Source: Amoebophrya sp. A120
Taxonomy: Eukaryota; Protista; Dinoflagellata
Direction: 5' to 3'
NCBI GenBank assembly: GCA_905178155.1
Contig: CAJINV010000017.1
Span: 674,722 to 738,721 of the forward strand
DNA length: 64,000 bases
Every line of letters begins with the position of its first letter. The first letter of the stretch is position 1. Below the pieces are notes generated by a model that was not told where the DNA came from, searched no databases, and was given only the letters and a program-made list of their open reading frames with translations. The position numbers and the translations under genes are program-made. This document shows positions 20,822 to 33,248 of this stretch, one piece after another.

Positions 20822-23800
20822 ATGACGACTCTATCATCTAGTGGTCCTCGTATTTCACCTTCCCAACGACCTTCTGGCCAGCATTACGAACACGAACGCG
20901 GCGTCCTTTCGAGTTTTTCCGAGGCCGACTGGCGCCGAAAGCTTCTGCAAGCGAGCTCGCTTGGAGACCAGGATAAAGTGCGGGGAATAGGACCAACAGC
21001 TGCACCCTCAAATCCTGCACTATCTGCTGCAAACGAGACGGACCTGGTCGCCCGGATCGCCACGAGTACTTATCTGAACCTGTACGCGGCCGCAAACGCG
21101 GGTAACTCGAGCTACAACATCGAAACTGCGGACGCCAACCTCCAGTCGCACTTGCTGCTTTCCGACAGGACGGACCAGGAGGATTTCGACCTCGCAGTGG
21201 CCGATGAGAACTGCGCGGAGCACGGGCGGGGTGTACCACCAGCGGAGACTACTATAAAAGAAGAAGCAGCCAGAGCCAACAACTTTTATAATGATCCGTT
21301 CAGCGTCGGCCCGCGGGGGGACGGGATTTCGCAAGTAGAACGGGATCCAGCACTAGTAGACCCAAGCTGGAGTAGCCCAGCTGTCAGCTCCTCCCTCGTG
21401 CAGCCAGCGAGCAACGTGTTTACGTTTGCTGGGGAGCCACGGGATGGTGATAAGAATGGCGCAACAAGAGGCTTAAATTCGAAAGTAGAAGCAGAAAAGG
21501 ACAACGAAGGACTTGTACAGAAGCAGGTTGAACCGGAAAATGCACTTAAAGAGAAGCCCAGTACGACCAGCACAGGGTTCCGCTGGACGGATTTTTTTAT
21601 GATGCGCCGCGCTGCGAGTCCACCTGCCGAAAAAGAACTACAACAGGCTGCTGATGGTAATAAAGCAGAAGAAGGACAGACGAGTACCCGCACGAACCCG
21701 GAGTTTTTGCCTCCAACAACTGGAACAAACAATGCGAAGACATCGGACGCCGGTACAACTTTAAGAAATGGAGCCGAACATCAAAACCCAAACCCCCTCG
21801 AGAACTTCCGGTGGACGGATTTTTTCCTGAACAATGGCAATATGACCACGGCGCCGAATGGCCTTCCGGAGCAGAACCATAGGCAGCAATTGGAGCAAGA
21901 GATAATGGATACCAGCAGCTTGGAACTGGACGTGGACGGTCTGGATCTGAGCCGGGACGCCGCGGCCGTGCGGCCAACCCCGCTCGACGCGTCCGGTGCC
22001 ATCGGGGATCGTAGGAATGGGGCGGGGAGTACTAATGGTGCTCCCTTGCCGCCTGGCAAACTACAGCCCAGGAATTCGCCGTTCTGGGACCGCAGATCGG
22101 AGTTTCGATTCACGAATTTTTTTCAGCAGCAAGACCAAGGACCGTATGACATGCAGACACGGGCGGGAAGGGATCAGAGTGCGGGCGGACAGGGATCGGT
22201 AAGATAAAAAGTACAGATTTTTGACGCATACGGTTAGCTTTACTAGATTGTCCGTTCCGGATGCAGTTGTGGTACAGTTACTGCTAGTGGGAATCGGAAT
22301 TTCCAATATTTTCGCATGCATAAACGGTGACGATTTTACCACTGTAGGTTGCCATCGTGGTGTTTGCGATTCCATATCCATTGTAAGGTCAAATCTCGAA
22401 TTATAAACACAGCCTCCTTCCCCTACGAGTACTGGCAACCAGCGCGCGGCGCACCAGGTGCACCAAATCGCGATTGCGCACGCGCGGCGGTCGACCCGGT
22501 CAGCGGACCGCTTTTTCAGCCCGGTGGACGACCAGAACCGGGTGGCGGTGGCGCACACCCGGCGCAATATGCTGGAGCAAGATTTGGCTTTCTACGACCG
22601 CCAAAAGGTTCTTCTGGAGCAGACCTTTCTACCTCCCGAGGCCGACGTTGAGCCATTCGGGAAGATGAACAAATACAATGCACTAGATGAGAACACAACA
22701 AATGCGAAAGCTTCTGCAGATGTTGACCCACTGCACCTCCTCCTTCCCGAGCCGCCCGGACTGGATTTTCCGGTACTGCAAGCGCGAGAAATGATACTTG
22801 AGGGCCCTCGTCGTGCTTCTTCTAGGTCCCGCCGACTTGCGGCCCATCGGCCGCGGAGGCTTCCGACCATCCAGCCCGACTTTCACCTTGCGCGGAATCG
22901 AACCCGGGCGCTAGGACCGACGGGGACCACGTTGCTTAGTTCCCGGGGGCCGACGGTGGACCTGGAGCGGGGGCCAAGTGGTTTCAGCCGGGCCTCGGAC
23001 GACCAGGGGACGAATGGTAAACCGAATTCAACAGCTTTGGACCAGCTATTCGAAGCACGAAGCAATGCGACCAGTAGGTGGAGTAGGAGAAGTGGACGAG
23101 GTCAAGATGCGAATCCTAGAAGAGCGGGTCTGCAGGAAGAGGTCGAACAGATGCACCAGCAGGCCGGTCGTGGGCACGACTACGGAGGCGGGAGCAGCGG
23201 GGGCACAGCAACGATGGCAAGGCGCGAGGAAAAGAAAAAGAGTCGTAACGGCGGAAGACCAGGAGCAAAATCGGGAACAATAGACGCGGCCGCTACTTAC
23301 ACCAATCCCCGAGTGACGTTTGAGTCCGATAAAAATTTGTTGCTCCCAGAACCAGCAAGAATGAACGAAGCCGATGCACCACCGGCGCCGTCCCAACAAG
23401 CTGCGATCGCCCAACATGGTCGTCAATCCAGCCTGCGGCAGCCCACGATCGTCGAGATTTACGTTGACACCGGTGAGGACGGGGCGAAGGACGTGTACCT
23501 GGGGCCGGTGGACGCGTGGGGAAGCCCCAGCGGGCCCAACGGTATCCTCCGCATGGCGGACGGCTCGGTCTACAGCGGGGATTTTGAAAACGGCCAGCCC
23601 CACGGGCAGGGCGACTACGAGGGCGAACACTGCTGCTACAGTGGGGAGATGCAGTGCGGCAAGTTTCACGGGTTCGGGCGCATTCAGTACAAACTCCAAG
23701 TTGTACAGCAGGCGACGTTGGGAAGCAACGGCGGTTATCGAGATGATCAGAGCATCGTGGTGAATTACCCGAAGAACACGACCAGCGTGCTCGCTGGTTA

Positions 23801-24014
23801 CGTGTACGAGGGGGAGTTTGAGGACGACCTGGAGCACGGGCAGGGCCGGTACTATTTCGAGAACGGAGACGTATACACCGGCTGGTTTCGGTACGGCACG
23901 CCGGTGGGGGACGGGATCTACAGCCATGCGGATAGAAGTTTGATGCGAGGAAACCAGCTTGGTGGTCCGCGGGCGGCGAACATGGGTCCCGTGTTTTTCA
24001 GCGGGAGTGCATGA
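20822..24014 (+). CDS. MORN-repeat protein with long disordered N-terminus; exons 20822-22198 and 22413-24014
   Basis: Canonical GTAAGA(22199)...acAG(22412) intron in frame; MORN repeats VYSGDFENGQPHGQG, YSGEMQCGKFHGFG, YEGEFEDDLEHGQGRYYFENGDVYTGWF. Confidence 0.8.
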
Positions 24015-24974
24015 CCAAGAGGTGGACGTGTTAGGATAACGACTTCGTATCTCGTTGCTCATGGTGGTGATTGCGCTTCTTATTTCTCACAATGAGAATC
24101 AGGTGTTTATCTGTATCCGTGTTTTTGTTCCTCCTGTTCATGATCGTTCTTTTTCCCATTCCCTTTGGATACTCTACCCGTTCCTCCCCGACAGGTAAGT
24201 ATGACAATGTTGTCAAGAATTGCCTGTTCGAAAGTTCTTACTTTTGAAAGGTCATCTACTTGCCGTCATGTAATCAATATGAGGTGTAGATTGTCGAACA
24301 CGAGTGCCTTCTACGAACTTAAATTTTGGCGAGCTCGACGGCGCGTTGGCGTCACGCGTCGAGTATCCATGGCTCCTGGGGAAGTTGTTCAAGTAGTAGA
24401 CCTGCGTGTCACGATATCGATCGGAGTGGAAGAAATCCTTGTTGGTGTAATCATGGATGGTCTTATTTCACATCAAATGAATGTGGAAGATTCACAAAAG
24501 CAAGAACGAAAGCGATCAATTTTACTTCACGTCATAATGAAGATCTATCACCGGCCTTCGGTAAGTTCTCGGATCAAACGCCTGAAAGTTTCGAAAAGCA
24601 GCAAGGAAGGAAATCTGCTCTCAGCACCTCCGCGATCCATAGAAACCGATGAAATCATAGATAAAGGTCGAGCGACATGATCAGCATGGTAAGATAAAAC
24701 GATCGGAAGATCTTGTAAACAAGCTTTAGCATTGTACATGCTTTGCTCCGCGATGTGAATGTATCACCTTGGGGTACAAAGATGCTAGCAAATTCTGATT
24801 ATTCTGAATCCCAAGCTACTAACTGGATACAGGCGACATCTTTTCGTAGTTATGTTTTAGTGTGTGTTATTGATTCACTCGAGGAAACACGATAATTTCC
24901 TTCTGCGACCACAACGACAACGAGTTGCTATCTTTTTCTTTCTCCATACATCGAACCGCTTTTCGATCATCAAA

Positions 24975-27900
24975 ATGATCCAAAAAAACACGACCACAAG
25001 CTCCAGCGGCCCGGCGCAGGCACCCCAGCCTGCTGCTGCGATCGCGGACAGTCCGAGTAGAAGCAATACAACTAGCCGGTTCGTGCGGGAGGAGGACGTG
25101 GGAATCAGTAGCTTTGTGATGCACACCAGCAGGGATGAAGAGAAACTCTCCAGTACAAGTGCTACTATGCAAGACACTGAACTTTTACTTTTTCCGCAAC
25201 CGCAGCAAGAACTGGTCTGCAGTTTCAAAAAGTACCACTACGACTTCCACGTGCACGAGATTTCGCAAGACAACCACGAGGCCCGGTTGACGGAACTGCA
25301 TGACAAACTCAGCATCCGAAACATCGTCGAGGAGGAGAAAAAGGAGCTGAAGGAGAGGAAAGCGCGCTTCTTCGTCGAGTCGTTCCGGTTGTCAGAAGAG
25401 GAAAAGACGAAAATCGGGCTTTTGGTGAAGGACGAAACTGTTTTGCGGAAGTTGGAACAGTTCCTGCAGGGAGAGCAAGTAGTTGATCATGACCGCAAGG
25501 AAATAATCACGAAGCAAGAGGACGAAGACTCGATGGATCTGGTCAAAAATGAGGGTGCTGCAGCTTCACCAGTTCCTAGTGCGACGGCCAGAGCAGCAAC
25601 GACCGCCTTTCTAGATCTGGAATTGAAAGCCACGACTACTGGGACCGCGACTCTGAAGGAAACGCGGAAAACTTTTCACGAGTTGATCCGGCTCTTTTTC
25701 GCCGATGCGCTGAGCTCGGAGTCCTCGGACCTGGGGCAGAGTTTCGTCCGCGTGTGGCGCAAGGACCTGGAGAAGCAGGGAAAACAGGCTCTGGAAGCCG
25801 CCAAGGAGCCCGCGCCGCTGAGTAAAAGACAGTTGAAGAAGTTGGAAAAAGGTGCGGGGAAGAAGGGAAACAAAGGGGCCGCGGGTAAGAAAGGAACTGC
25901 AACGATAATCAGTTCTAATTCCGCACAGATTATCAGCAACAGCACTACGAGCTCGGGGGCTGCTGGCACAGTTACCGTGGTTTCTGAAGACCAACGAAGT
26001 ACTGCCCACCCCCTTCTAGCAGCCACGTCTTCCTCCGCTTCCTTCCGCCGCGAGCCGTGGCCGCAGGACCGGCCGGACTACCTTTCGTTTCTGCTCTACA
26101 AGGAGAACAAGGATACGGCCGAGGCGATTCAGCAGATCAGCCGCGCGATGCACATGGACCAGCGCCCCCGGAACGTGGACAAGTTCGGGTTCGCGGGCAC
26201 GAAAGACCGCCGGGGCTGCACCACGCAGTTTTGCACCCTGTACCGCACGACCGAGTACCAATTGCTGAAGTCGCTCTTCTCGCCCGCCTTCGACCGCAAG
26301 CAGGTGTTCATCCAGCCGCTAGGGTACGTGAAAGACAAACTGCAGCTGGGAATGCTGAAGGGCAACCGCTTCGACGTGCTGCTTCGGGACTTGGAACTGG
26401 TGATGAAGAGTTCAACATGTAATGTTTCAGTCGCTCGAGCTGAGGAGAATGACGTGAAAAATGCCGCAGTCCTCGAGGAATGCACCTCATGCAAAATAAG
26501 CAAGAATGATGAGACAGACGATGTTGCCATGATTTCTCCAACGTCAACGGATGCTGGCGGGGGTGCTGTAATGGTACTACCGGACAATTACGACGACGGC
26601 AACGAGAAAACAAATCTGCGCGAGGACACAGCAGCAGTCCTAGTAGTGGGACTACAACGGGAAAAACAAAATACGAGCGTAGAAGAGGGTACAACTGACC
26701 TTCAGGCCTTGAAAGCCTTCCTCACTGTTTCCTTTCAAAACCTTTCGACCAACGGCTTCCTGAACTACTTCGGGCTGCAGCGCTTCGGCACGGGAACAGT
26801 GCGGACGCACACGATCGGCGCGTTCTTGCTGAGTGGCGAGTATGAGAAAGCGATGATGCTGTTGCTCGGTGCTGGGAAGTTGGAGGCCGAAAAGGACGAC
26901 CACACGGACGAGAAAAATAAGGGACTAGTAGTGTCCACCGCGGCCGTTGGAGGCTCGGAAGATTATGCGGTAAATGAAGTAACACTTGGTGATGGGCCAG
27001 AGCCGAAGCGGCGCAAGATTGATGAAGAGGCAGTCTTGTTTCCCATGAAGGACGAGCACGGGAGCAGCTGCAACAAAAGTGTTGAAGAACTTCTACCAGG
27101 GACGACGAATAATACCAATTCTACCACGACTTATATCACTGCGGTGCGAGAAAAGCGTTGGAAGGACGCGCTGTTCGCGTTGAAAGAGAATAACAACAGC
27201 CGAGGTTTCACCTCTTCACGCATGCATTTGGAAACCACTTTGCTGGAAGCGCTGTCTGGATGCTACAGTAGTACCGCTTTGACAACTGTCGATGATGTTG
27301 GCGAAGGAGAAGCAGCAGTAGCGACGAATAAAAGCGGCAAGGGAAATAAGAAAGGCGGTTCTAAAAAGGGCAAGGGAAAGATGAGTTCGAAGACAGCAAG
27401 CACCATCACAACGAAGCCTCCCATGACGGATCCGCGAGCCGTCCTCGAGCAGCTTCCCCGCGAGAGCCTCTCGCTCTACTACCACGCATTGCAATCGTTC
27501 TGCTTCAACAAGGTTCTGTCGAGACGGGCGGAGATTGTGAGAGGGAGGAACAAAGGTACAGGCCGCGCAGGTGCAGAAATCGTAGCGGGGGATTTGGTTC
27601 TGCTCACCCCGGTCGGCGGGAATCATAAAACTAGTACAACTGATAAAACTACGACAGGCAAAATGAGAACAGAGACATCCAACGGAGGGGATGAAGAAGA
27701 TGAGGATCAAGCTACTAGCTCCATTGTCCACACTGTTACGGAGGAAGAAGTTTTGCTGAAAACCTACACGGCAGAGGACGTCGTCCTCCCCCTACCTGGT
27801 TACGAGGTGCAGTACCCAGAGTACCTGCGGGGAGTCTACGACGAGGTGCTATCGGAGCTGGGTGGGACCACGAACGCTGGAATGGGAAGTGATACGACGC

Positions 27901-28586
27901 TTGACCTTTCCTTGGCCTCTTTCGGGTCTTCTGTGGTCTCCTCGTCCTCTGGCGCAACGGTGAACGCGAAGCCGAAGAAGCCCCTGTTGCGCAACATCCA
28001 ACTGAATGGCGCGTACCGGCACGTCATCGTGAAGCCGAAGGAGGTCTCCTGGGAGTTGGTCAACACGACGACGAGAGAAGCTGCAAAGGGTGACGAAGAG
28101 GCCGGTCCTGCGGGCAGTGGCGAGACTAGGAGCTCCACTAATTTCCTCGCGAACCGATACGCATTTTTGGCGGAAAAAGCGGAAATCCAGTCTGATCTGG
28201 ACAAAATTCTAGCGGAGAAAAAAGCTACGGAGCAGCTCCTGCCAACCTGCCAAAACAATGACGGGGGACCCACTGCAGCTGCGGATGGTGTTTTTGTTGA
28301 GAAAACAAGTGCGCAAGAAGTCGTGAAAGTAGCTGCGGATGCTGTTGGTCTGCCTCTGCCCTCTATTACTAGCCAGCAGCAGGACGATCATAACCGCACC
28401 GAGGACGATGCGAACAAAAATCAAGCGAAAGGACCAACCCAAGCAGGCACAAATCTCGGGAAAAACAAGGGCGGGAAAAACAATCTTGGCTCTTATGCGG
28501 TGAAGTTCAGCTGCATCCTTCCCACGTCTGCGTACCTCACCATGGCGCTGAGGGAAATCACGCAAAGACCCGTGGAACGAGCGTAA
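24975..28586 (+). CDS. PUS7: Pseudouridine synthase 7 (TruD family), single ORF of about 1203 aa expanded by insertions
   Basis: EEDVGISSFV, DFHVHEI, FLLYKENKDT, FAGTKDRRGCTTQ (catalytic Asp), LKGNRFDVLLR, GFLNYFGLQRFG, YHALQSFCFN, LPTSAYLTMALREI. Confidence 0.95.
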   Translation: MIQKNTTTSSSGPAQAPQPAAAIADSPSRSNTTSRFVREEDVGISSFVMHTSRDEEKLSSTSATMQDTELLLFPQPQQELVCSFKKYHYDFHVHEISQDNHEARLTELHDKLSIRNIVEEEKKELKERKARFFVESFRLSEEEKTKIGLLVKDETVLRKLEQFLQGEQVVDHDRKEIITKQEDEDSMDLVKNEGAAASPVPSATARAATTAFLDLELKATTTGTATLKETRKTFHELIRLFFADALSSESSDLGQSFVRVWRKDLEKQGKQALEAAKEPAPLSKRQLKKLEKGAGKKGNKGAAGKKGTATIISSNSAQIISNSTTSSGAAGTVTVVSEDQRSTAHPLLAATSSSASFRREPWPQDRPDYLSFLLYKENKDTAEAIQQISRAMHMDQRPRNVDKFGFAGTKDRRGCTTQFCTLYRTTEYQLLKSLFSPAFDRKQVFIQPLGYVKDKLQLGMLKGNRFDVLLRDLELVMKSSTCNVSVARAEENDVKNAAVLEECTSCKISKNDETDDVAMISPTSTDAGGGAVMVLPDNYDDGNEKTNLREDTAAVLVVGLQREKQNTSVEEGTTDLQALKAFLTVSFQNLSTNGFLNYFGLQRFGTGTVRTHTIGAFLLSGEYEKAMMLLLGAGKLEAEKDDHTDEKNKGLVVSTAAVGGSEDYAVNEVTLGDGPEPKRRKIDEEAVLFPMKDEHGSSCNKSVEELLPGTTNNTNSTTTYITAVREKRWKDALFALKENNNSRGFTSSRMHLETTLLEALSGCYSSTALTTVDDVGEGEAAVATNKSGKGNKKGGSKKGKGKMSSKTASTITTKPPMTDPRAVLEQLPRESLSLYYHALQSFCFNKVLSRRAEIVRGRNKGTGRAGAEIVAGDLVLLTPVGGNHKTSTTDKTTTGKMRTETSNGGDEEDEDQATSSIVHTVTEEEVLLKTYTAEDVVLPLPGYEVQYPEYLRGVYDEVLSELGGTTNAGMGSDTTLDLSLASFGSSVVSSSSGATVNAKPKKPLLRNIQLNGAYRHVIVKPKEVSWELVNTTTREAAKGDEEAGPAGSGETRSSTNFLANRYAFLAEKAEIQSDLDKILAEKKATEQLLPTCQNNDGGPTAAADGVFVEKTSAQEVVKVAADAVGLPLPSITSQQQDDHNRTEDDANKNQAKGPTQAGTNLGKNKGGKNNLGSYAVKFSCILPTSAYLTMALREITQRPVERA

Positions 28587-29612
28587 GGTGGTTTTCGAAG
28601 AAAAACGAAAATACCCTTTGCACGACCAAACAGAACGTCAGAAGGCCGCAATTCGCATGGTATTTCGACGTTTCTTCCTTTCAAGCCAAAAAAATGAAAC
28701 TACATCCGAAAACGATTAGTGGTATAGCTAGAGACGCAAAGAGCTGCAAGCATTGTTCTCTTCTTCCTGTCAAAATGGTGCTCAGAAATAGCCTTTGGCG
28801 CAATATCGCTTGTTGACGCTTCAAAAACGGTGCACATTCGGTTGCTGATAATTGTTCGGTTGGCAGCAAAGGTAAAGAAACGCACGACGAAACCGTTCAG
28901 CTCTGACGAATCGGAAATCTTAGAAGGTCGATAGAAATAATTGGTGTGATGTTGCTTTGGTGTCAATGCATGCCAACATGTGCGTAATGCATGGTACACG
29001 TACACCGCCACGTGCAGGCATTCTTCGTGTGACTCGGTCGTGAAACTACACTCGGTATGATGATTCGTTTGTGACAAAAGCAAAGCAACCAAAATCGGTA
29101 GGAGCCGCGGATGCTCACCTACTGTCAACGCCTACTTTCGTGCAGGTGAAGAGCAAAACAACATCAATTCAATTCGTTCAAGTTCTTGCTTCTGTCGTTC
29201 GGATATGTAGTGATTGTTTAAAAACAAGTAGCTAATGCTACTAGCGAAGTCCACAACAACCGCCGTTGTCTGCCTCATCTAGTTTGTGAAGCTTGAAGAG
29301 CATAAGCAGCCACACTATATCATATACGCTGTTGACCCAGGAGCACCTCGACCTTATTCGTCTACTACCCCTCTTGAGATATTAAGCCGCCCAGCGTAAC
29401 AGCATCATGTCACTAAATTTTGTTGACACACGCAACCCCGTGTATTATGTGTATTTTCCCCCCGCCCCCGCTCGCCAGACTGACCCAGTCCGAGACCCCA
29501 TGATCTTTAGCTGAAAGTAAGACTTCCAAAACATCCAAGCACGCCGACGCCGGCCCAGGGTAGCCTTGTTCTACACAATCACGCCTAGGCCCCGTACAAC
29601 TTTTCAGCAGAA

Positions 29613-32527
29613 ATGAGAGCAACAACTCCTGCATCAAAACGGTCCAGCTCTCCCGGGGGGTCCATCAACCCTCGTGCGGACGATCACCATCTTCCCCTGG
29701 AGCCCGTCGACATGAGCCAGAACATCGCGAACCACAACTCGGACATGATCGACAAGCTCGCGGCGCAGCGGCAGATGCTGGCGGCGTTCTCGGGCGCGAC
29801 GGCGAGTTTAAAGCAGAAGGTGAACGACCTGGAGCAGAAAAATTTGTCCATCACCAAGAACTGCAACACGGTGAAAGCGGACAACAACGTGCTGGCGCTA
29901 GAATTGAAACAGCTCCAGGACACGCAGGACACGCAGATCGAGTCCGTGCGCATCGACCTGAAGCAGCGGGAAAAGCGGTGTGAGTTGCTGGAGCGGCAGG
30001 TGGAGCGCAACAGCCGCGTCGAGGAAGAGCTCCGCGAGGAGACCATCCAGCTCAAGACCGCGTTCGAGATGGAACGGAAGCGGTTCCAGGCCTTTCAGCT
30101 GAACATGGCCCGGAATTTGTCGGGGCTGCGGGCGCTGCTCCGGGAGCGGTTCTCGATCGACTTTGACAGCACCTCTTTCGCGAACCTGGCGAAATTGCCC
30201 CGGGATCTGGCGGTCATTTCGGGATTGGACGAGGAGGAGGAGGGGGAGGACACTGAAATTCTGGGGTTGGGGTCATCTGCAGCTTCCGCACAGGCCGGAA
30301 GTAGTAGAACAAATAAACAACAGATAAACTACACTTCTCGGTCGAACATGCTGCAGGCAAGAAACATGGCTGGAGCAGTAGAGGGAACAACATCTGCCGG
30401 TCGTGCGGAAATAAAGTCCACCGCCCGCCTGATGCGCAGCAAAATCGAGGACTGTTTGATGTCGCTGAAGCCGAAGGCTGCACATACGAACGATGGGAGT
30501 GGTTCCAGCAGCACTTCTTTGGCGTATCCGAAGTCCGCGGTCGATTTGGTCGAGGAGCTGACCCGGCAGACGGAGCAGATCAGCCGCTTGGAGTGGGAGT
30601 TGGAGCGCGTGGAGCGGCAGCGGACGGACGCGCAGAAGCAGGCGTGGAGCACGGAAACGACCATGGAGTATCAAATGCAAAAGTGTCTGGGTCTGGAAAA
30701 ATGGAAGTTTGTCATGCTTGTCTGACATCACTCTCAAGCCTGTCATGCACATTACCCAAAGGCCCTACTTTTCTGTCATGCAGAAGCTCACTTTGTCATG
30801 CAGAAAAGCCAAGACTATAGCACCTCCAAAACTTGTCATGCTTGCCACTCAATTGAGGCGTCCTCGTCTTTCTCAACCAGCATCACAAGTTTCCAGACCC
30901 AGACATTTTTGCATTTGATATGGAGCTGATGAAGAGCGAGAAGGGGTTCCGGAAAGCGGTGGAGGAGAAGTGCAGGACGCTCTTGGATAAGGAATTGAAG
31001 GAGAAGGAGATGCAACAGAGACAACAGCTCAACGAGGAGTACGCCCGGGCCGCGGAGGCGAAATTGATGCGGTGGAAAAATCAGTTCCTGGACCAAAACC
31101 TCACCACCGAGGCGCTGAAGGAGAAGAAGGCGCTGGAGGGGGAGAAATTTGCCAAGTACGAGCAATCGCTGATTCAACGGGAGCAGGAGGTGCGGCAGCG
31201 GGAAATCGCACTAATCAAGGAGCAGCAGAACTACTTGACCCTGCGCGGAATGGTGCCGTCGAACGTGGTCGCGAACAATCAAGCGTCGAGTTACAACCGA
31301 TCGCTACAGGCAGCGAAGAGAAGCGAGATGACGACGATTCGAGAACCGATTCTGAAAATAAATCAACAAACAGCCGCTACAGGTGGAGAGGGGAAAGACG
31401 AGGGCGCTGCTGCGGCCGCTGTAACAATAAAAAAAGCGCCGGCTGGCGCTGGGGCTGCTTCAACGCCCCAGAAACCGTCTGCAGCCGGCGGTGTTGTAAA
31501 TAAAGTCGCTGCCCAGTCCTCCTTGTCTTCCAGCATTGACAGCAACATCATCGAACGGGGCGGAGCGGCGTTTTTCAAGACAGGCAAAGGCGCTACAACT
31601 TCTGCAGCAGTCGAGCAGAATATGGCGCCGCCCAGCAGAGAAGTGCGCCCATTGGCTGCATCGCAAAGCGGCTCTCCTGCGGTATCTTCTACCGTGGTGA
31701 AAATTTCACAGCCGCCTGCAGCATCTGCTTCCGCCGGCACACAGAAAAATAAAGCGCAGCAGCAGCGACCCACGACCCCGGCAAAAACGCCGCAACGGCA
31801 GCAGGCAGCCTCCACTCCGACGAAGAACAAGCCGACAGTCGTCAAGAGTGTGACGCCTTTTCAACAAGATCAAAGACCCACAGCACCACACCTACAGAGA
31901 ACCACCCCTACAAATACGCCGCCAAAACAAGTCGCAACTGCGCTACAGCAGGCAAAAGCGAAGCCGGCGCCTGCTGCCATGAAGATGACGCCAGCAACTA
32001 CAACCACCGGCAATAGAACCTCCGTCGTCGATCCTGCTCTGAATAACAAGCAGCAAAACCAACTGTTCGACTTCGACGGCGCGGTGGAATGGACGCTTGA
32101 TGACGACAGTAATTGTTCGGTCGTCTACAACCCAGCCTCTTCCCCCACGCCGCTGGGGCGGATGCCAAAGCAGTTTGGGAACTTCAACGCGGCGGCGGAT
32201 TGGACCTTGGGTTCGGAGGAACTGGACAAAACGCCTGTGTCAACGTCCTCCAACAAAACGCCCGACGACCTCCAGGATTTTTCGAACAGCAACGCCAGCT
32301 CGGGGATCATGGTAACAAGTCAAGCCTCTGACCCGTTGAACACTGCGGTCCTGCTCGCACGGCCGTCTTCCGCGGAGGGAGAGAATTTGTTCGAGCAAAG
32401 CTCCGTGGCGGAGTCTGTGGCGACCAGTTACGAGCTGGTGAACGATTTCGAGTCGGAGACCAGCGTGCTCACGAGCGAACACGTCGCCACGGTCAGCAAC
32501 GTCAGCGGAGGGAGTGCGAGGAAGTAG
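29613..32527 (+). CDS. Coiled-coil protein with disordered C-terminus; exons 29613-30667 and 30925-32527
   Basis: Heptad E/Q/K/L-rich ORFs joined in frame (TTME-LMKSEK) by removing the introner. Confidence 0.75.
30668..30924. mobile_element. Young introner, family 1, ends GT..GA, 257 nt
   Basis: 31-nt TIR tatcaaatgcaaaagtgtctgggtctggaaa with one mismatch; perfect DR TGGA|G; five internal TGTCATGC. Confidence 0.92.
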
Positions 32528-33248
32528 TAGAAAGATAGAAGAAGATGCTGGAGGCACAAGATTAGTGTGATATTCGCTGGATTATTGAATTAGACTCAAC
32601 ATCATCTTCTTTCTATCTGGAGTAACCCGACTACAGCCACACCTGCGAAGGATCTGAAAGGCATATTCATTGTGTACGCGACTGCAACAATATGTGCGAC
32701 GAGTACCATTGTTGTCTTGTACCCCAAGTATACTAATTTACTCAACGAGAATTTAGAGGAGCCGGAGCGAACTGCCTTTGGCTTGATTGTTGACAAGAGC
32801 TCCACTGGTTGCTGCGTGTCGCACGCACTTTCTGTTCGTTGTTTCTGCTGATCCGGTAAGCAAAACAAGCTCGCGAGCGAGCGTCTACAGAGGTTGTGAG
32901 TCGAAAAATCAAAATGAAAATTATGCAACAAAGTCAATATTTCTTCATCTTGGCGGTTGTGCGCCGTGGTCTGAGTGTGCTCTTCGATTCAAAGTCGCAA
33001 AAATGCAAATATCTTTCGGACGTGGAGAAAAACGAAAAAGAATCGGAGAGATGAGAGTTCGCACAAATAAGGAAGTGAAGTCGTAGTTCTTTGTGGCTGC
33101 GTCCCCGTCTTTTTGAAGCACGAGCTTGGTAGATAGAGAGAAAAGATAGCCTTTCATCTAGCTCTCCCACTCCGAGTACACAAGTAGAACTACTATACTC
33201 AACTGGGCGTGCTGGTGTCAGCGAGCTTCTTCCCCAAAAAAACACAAA

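Noticed and set aside
24165-24680. 171-aa ORF between the MORN gene and PUS7
   Set aside because: Non-ATG start, AT-rich intergenic composition and no recognisable domain.
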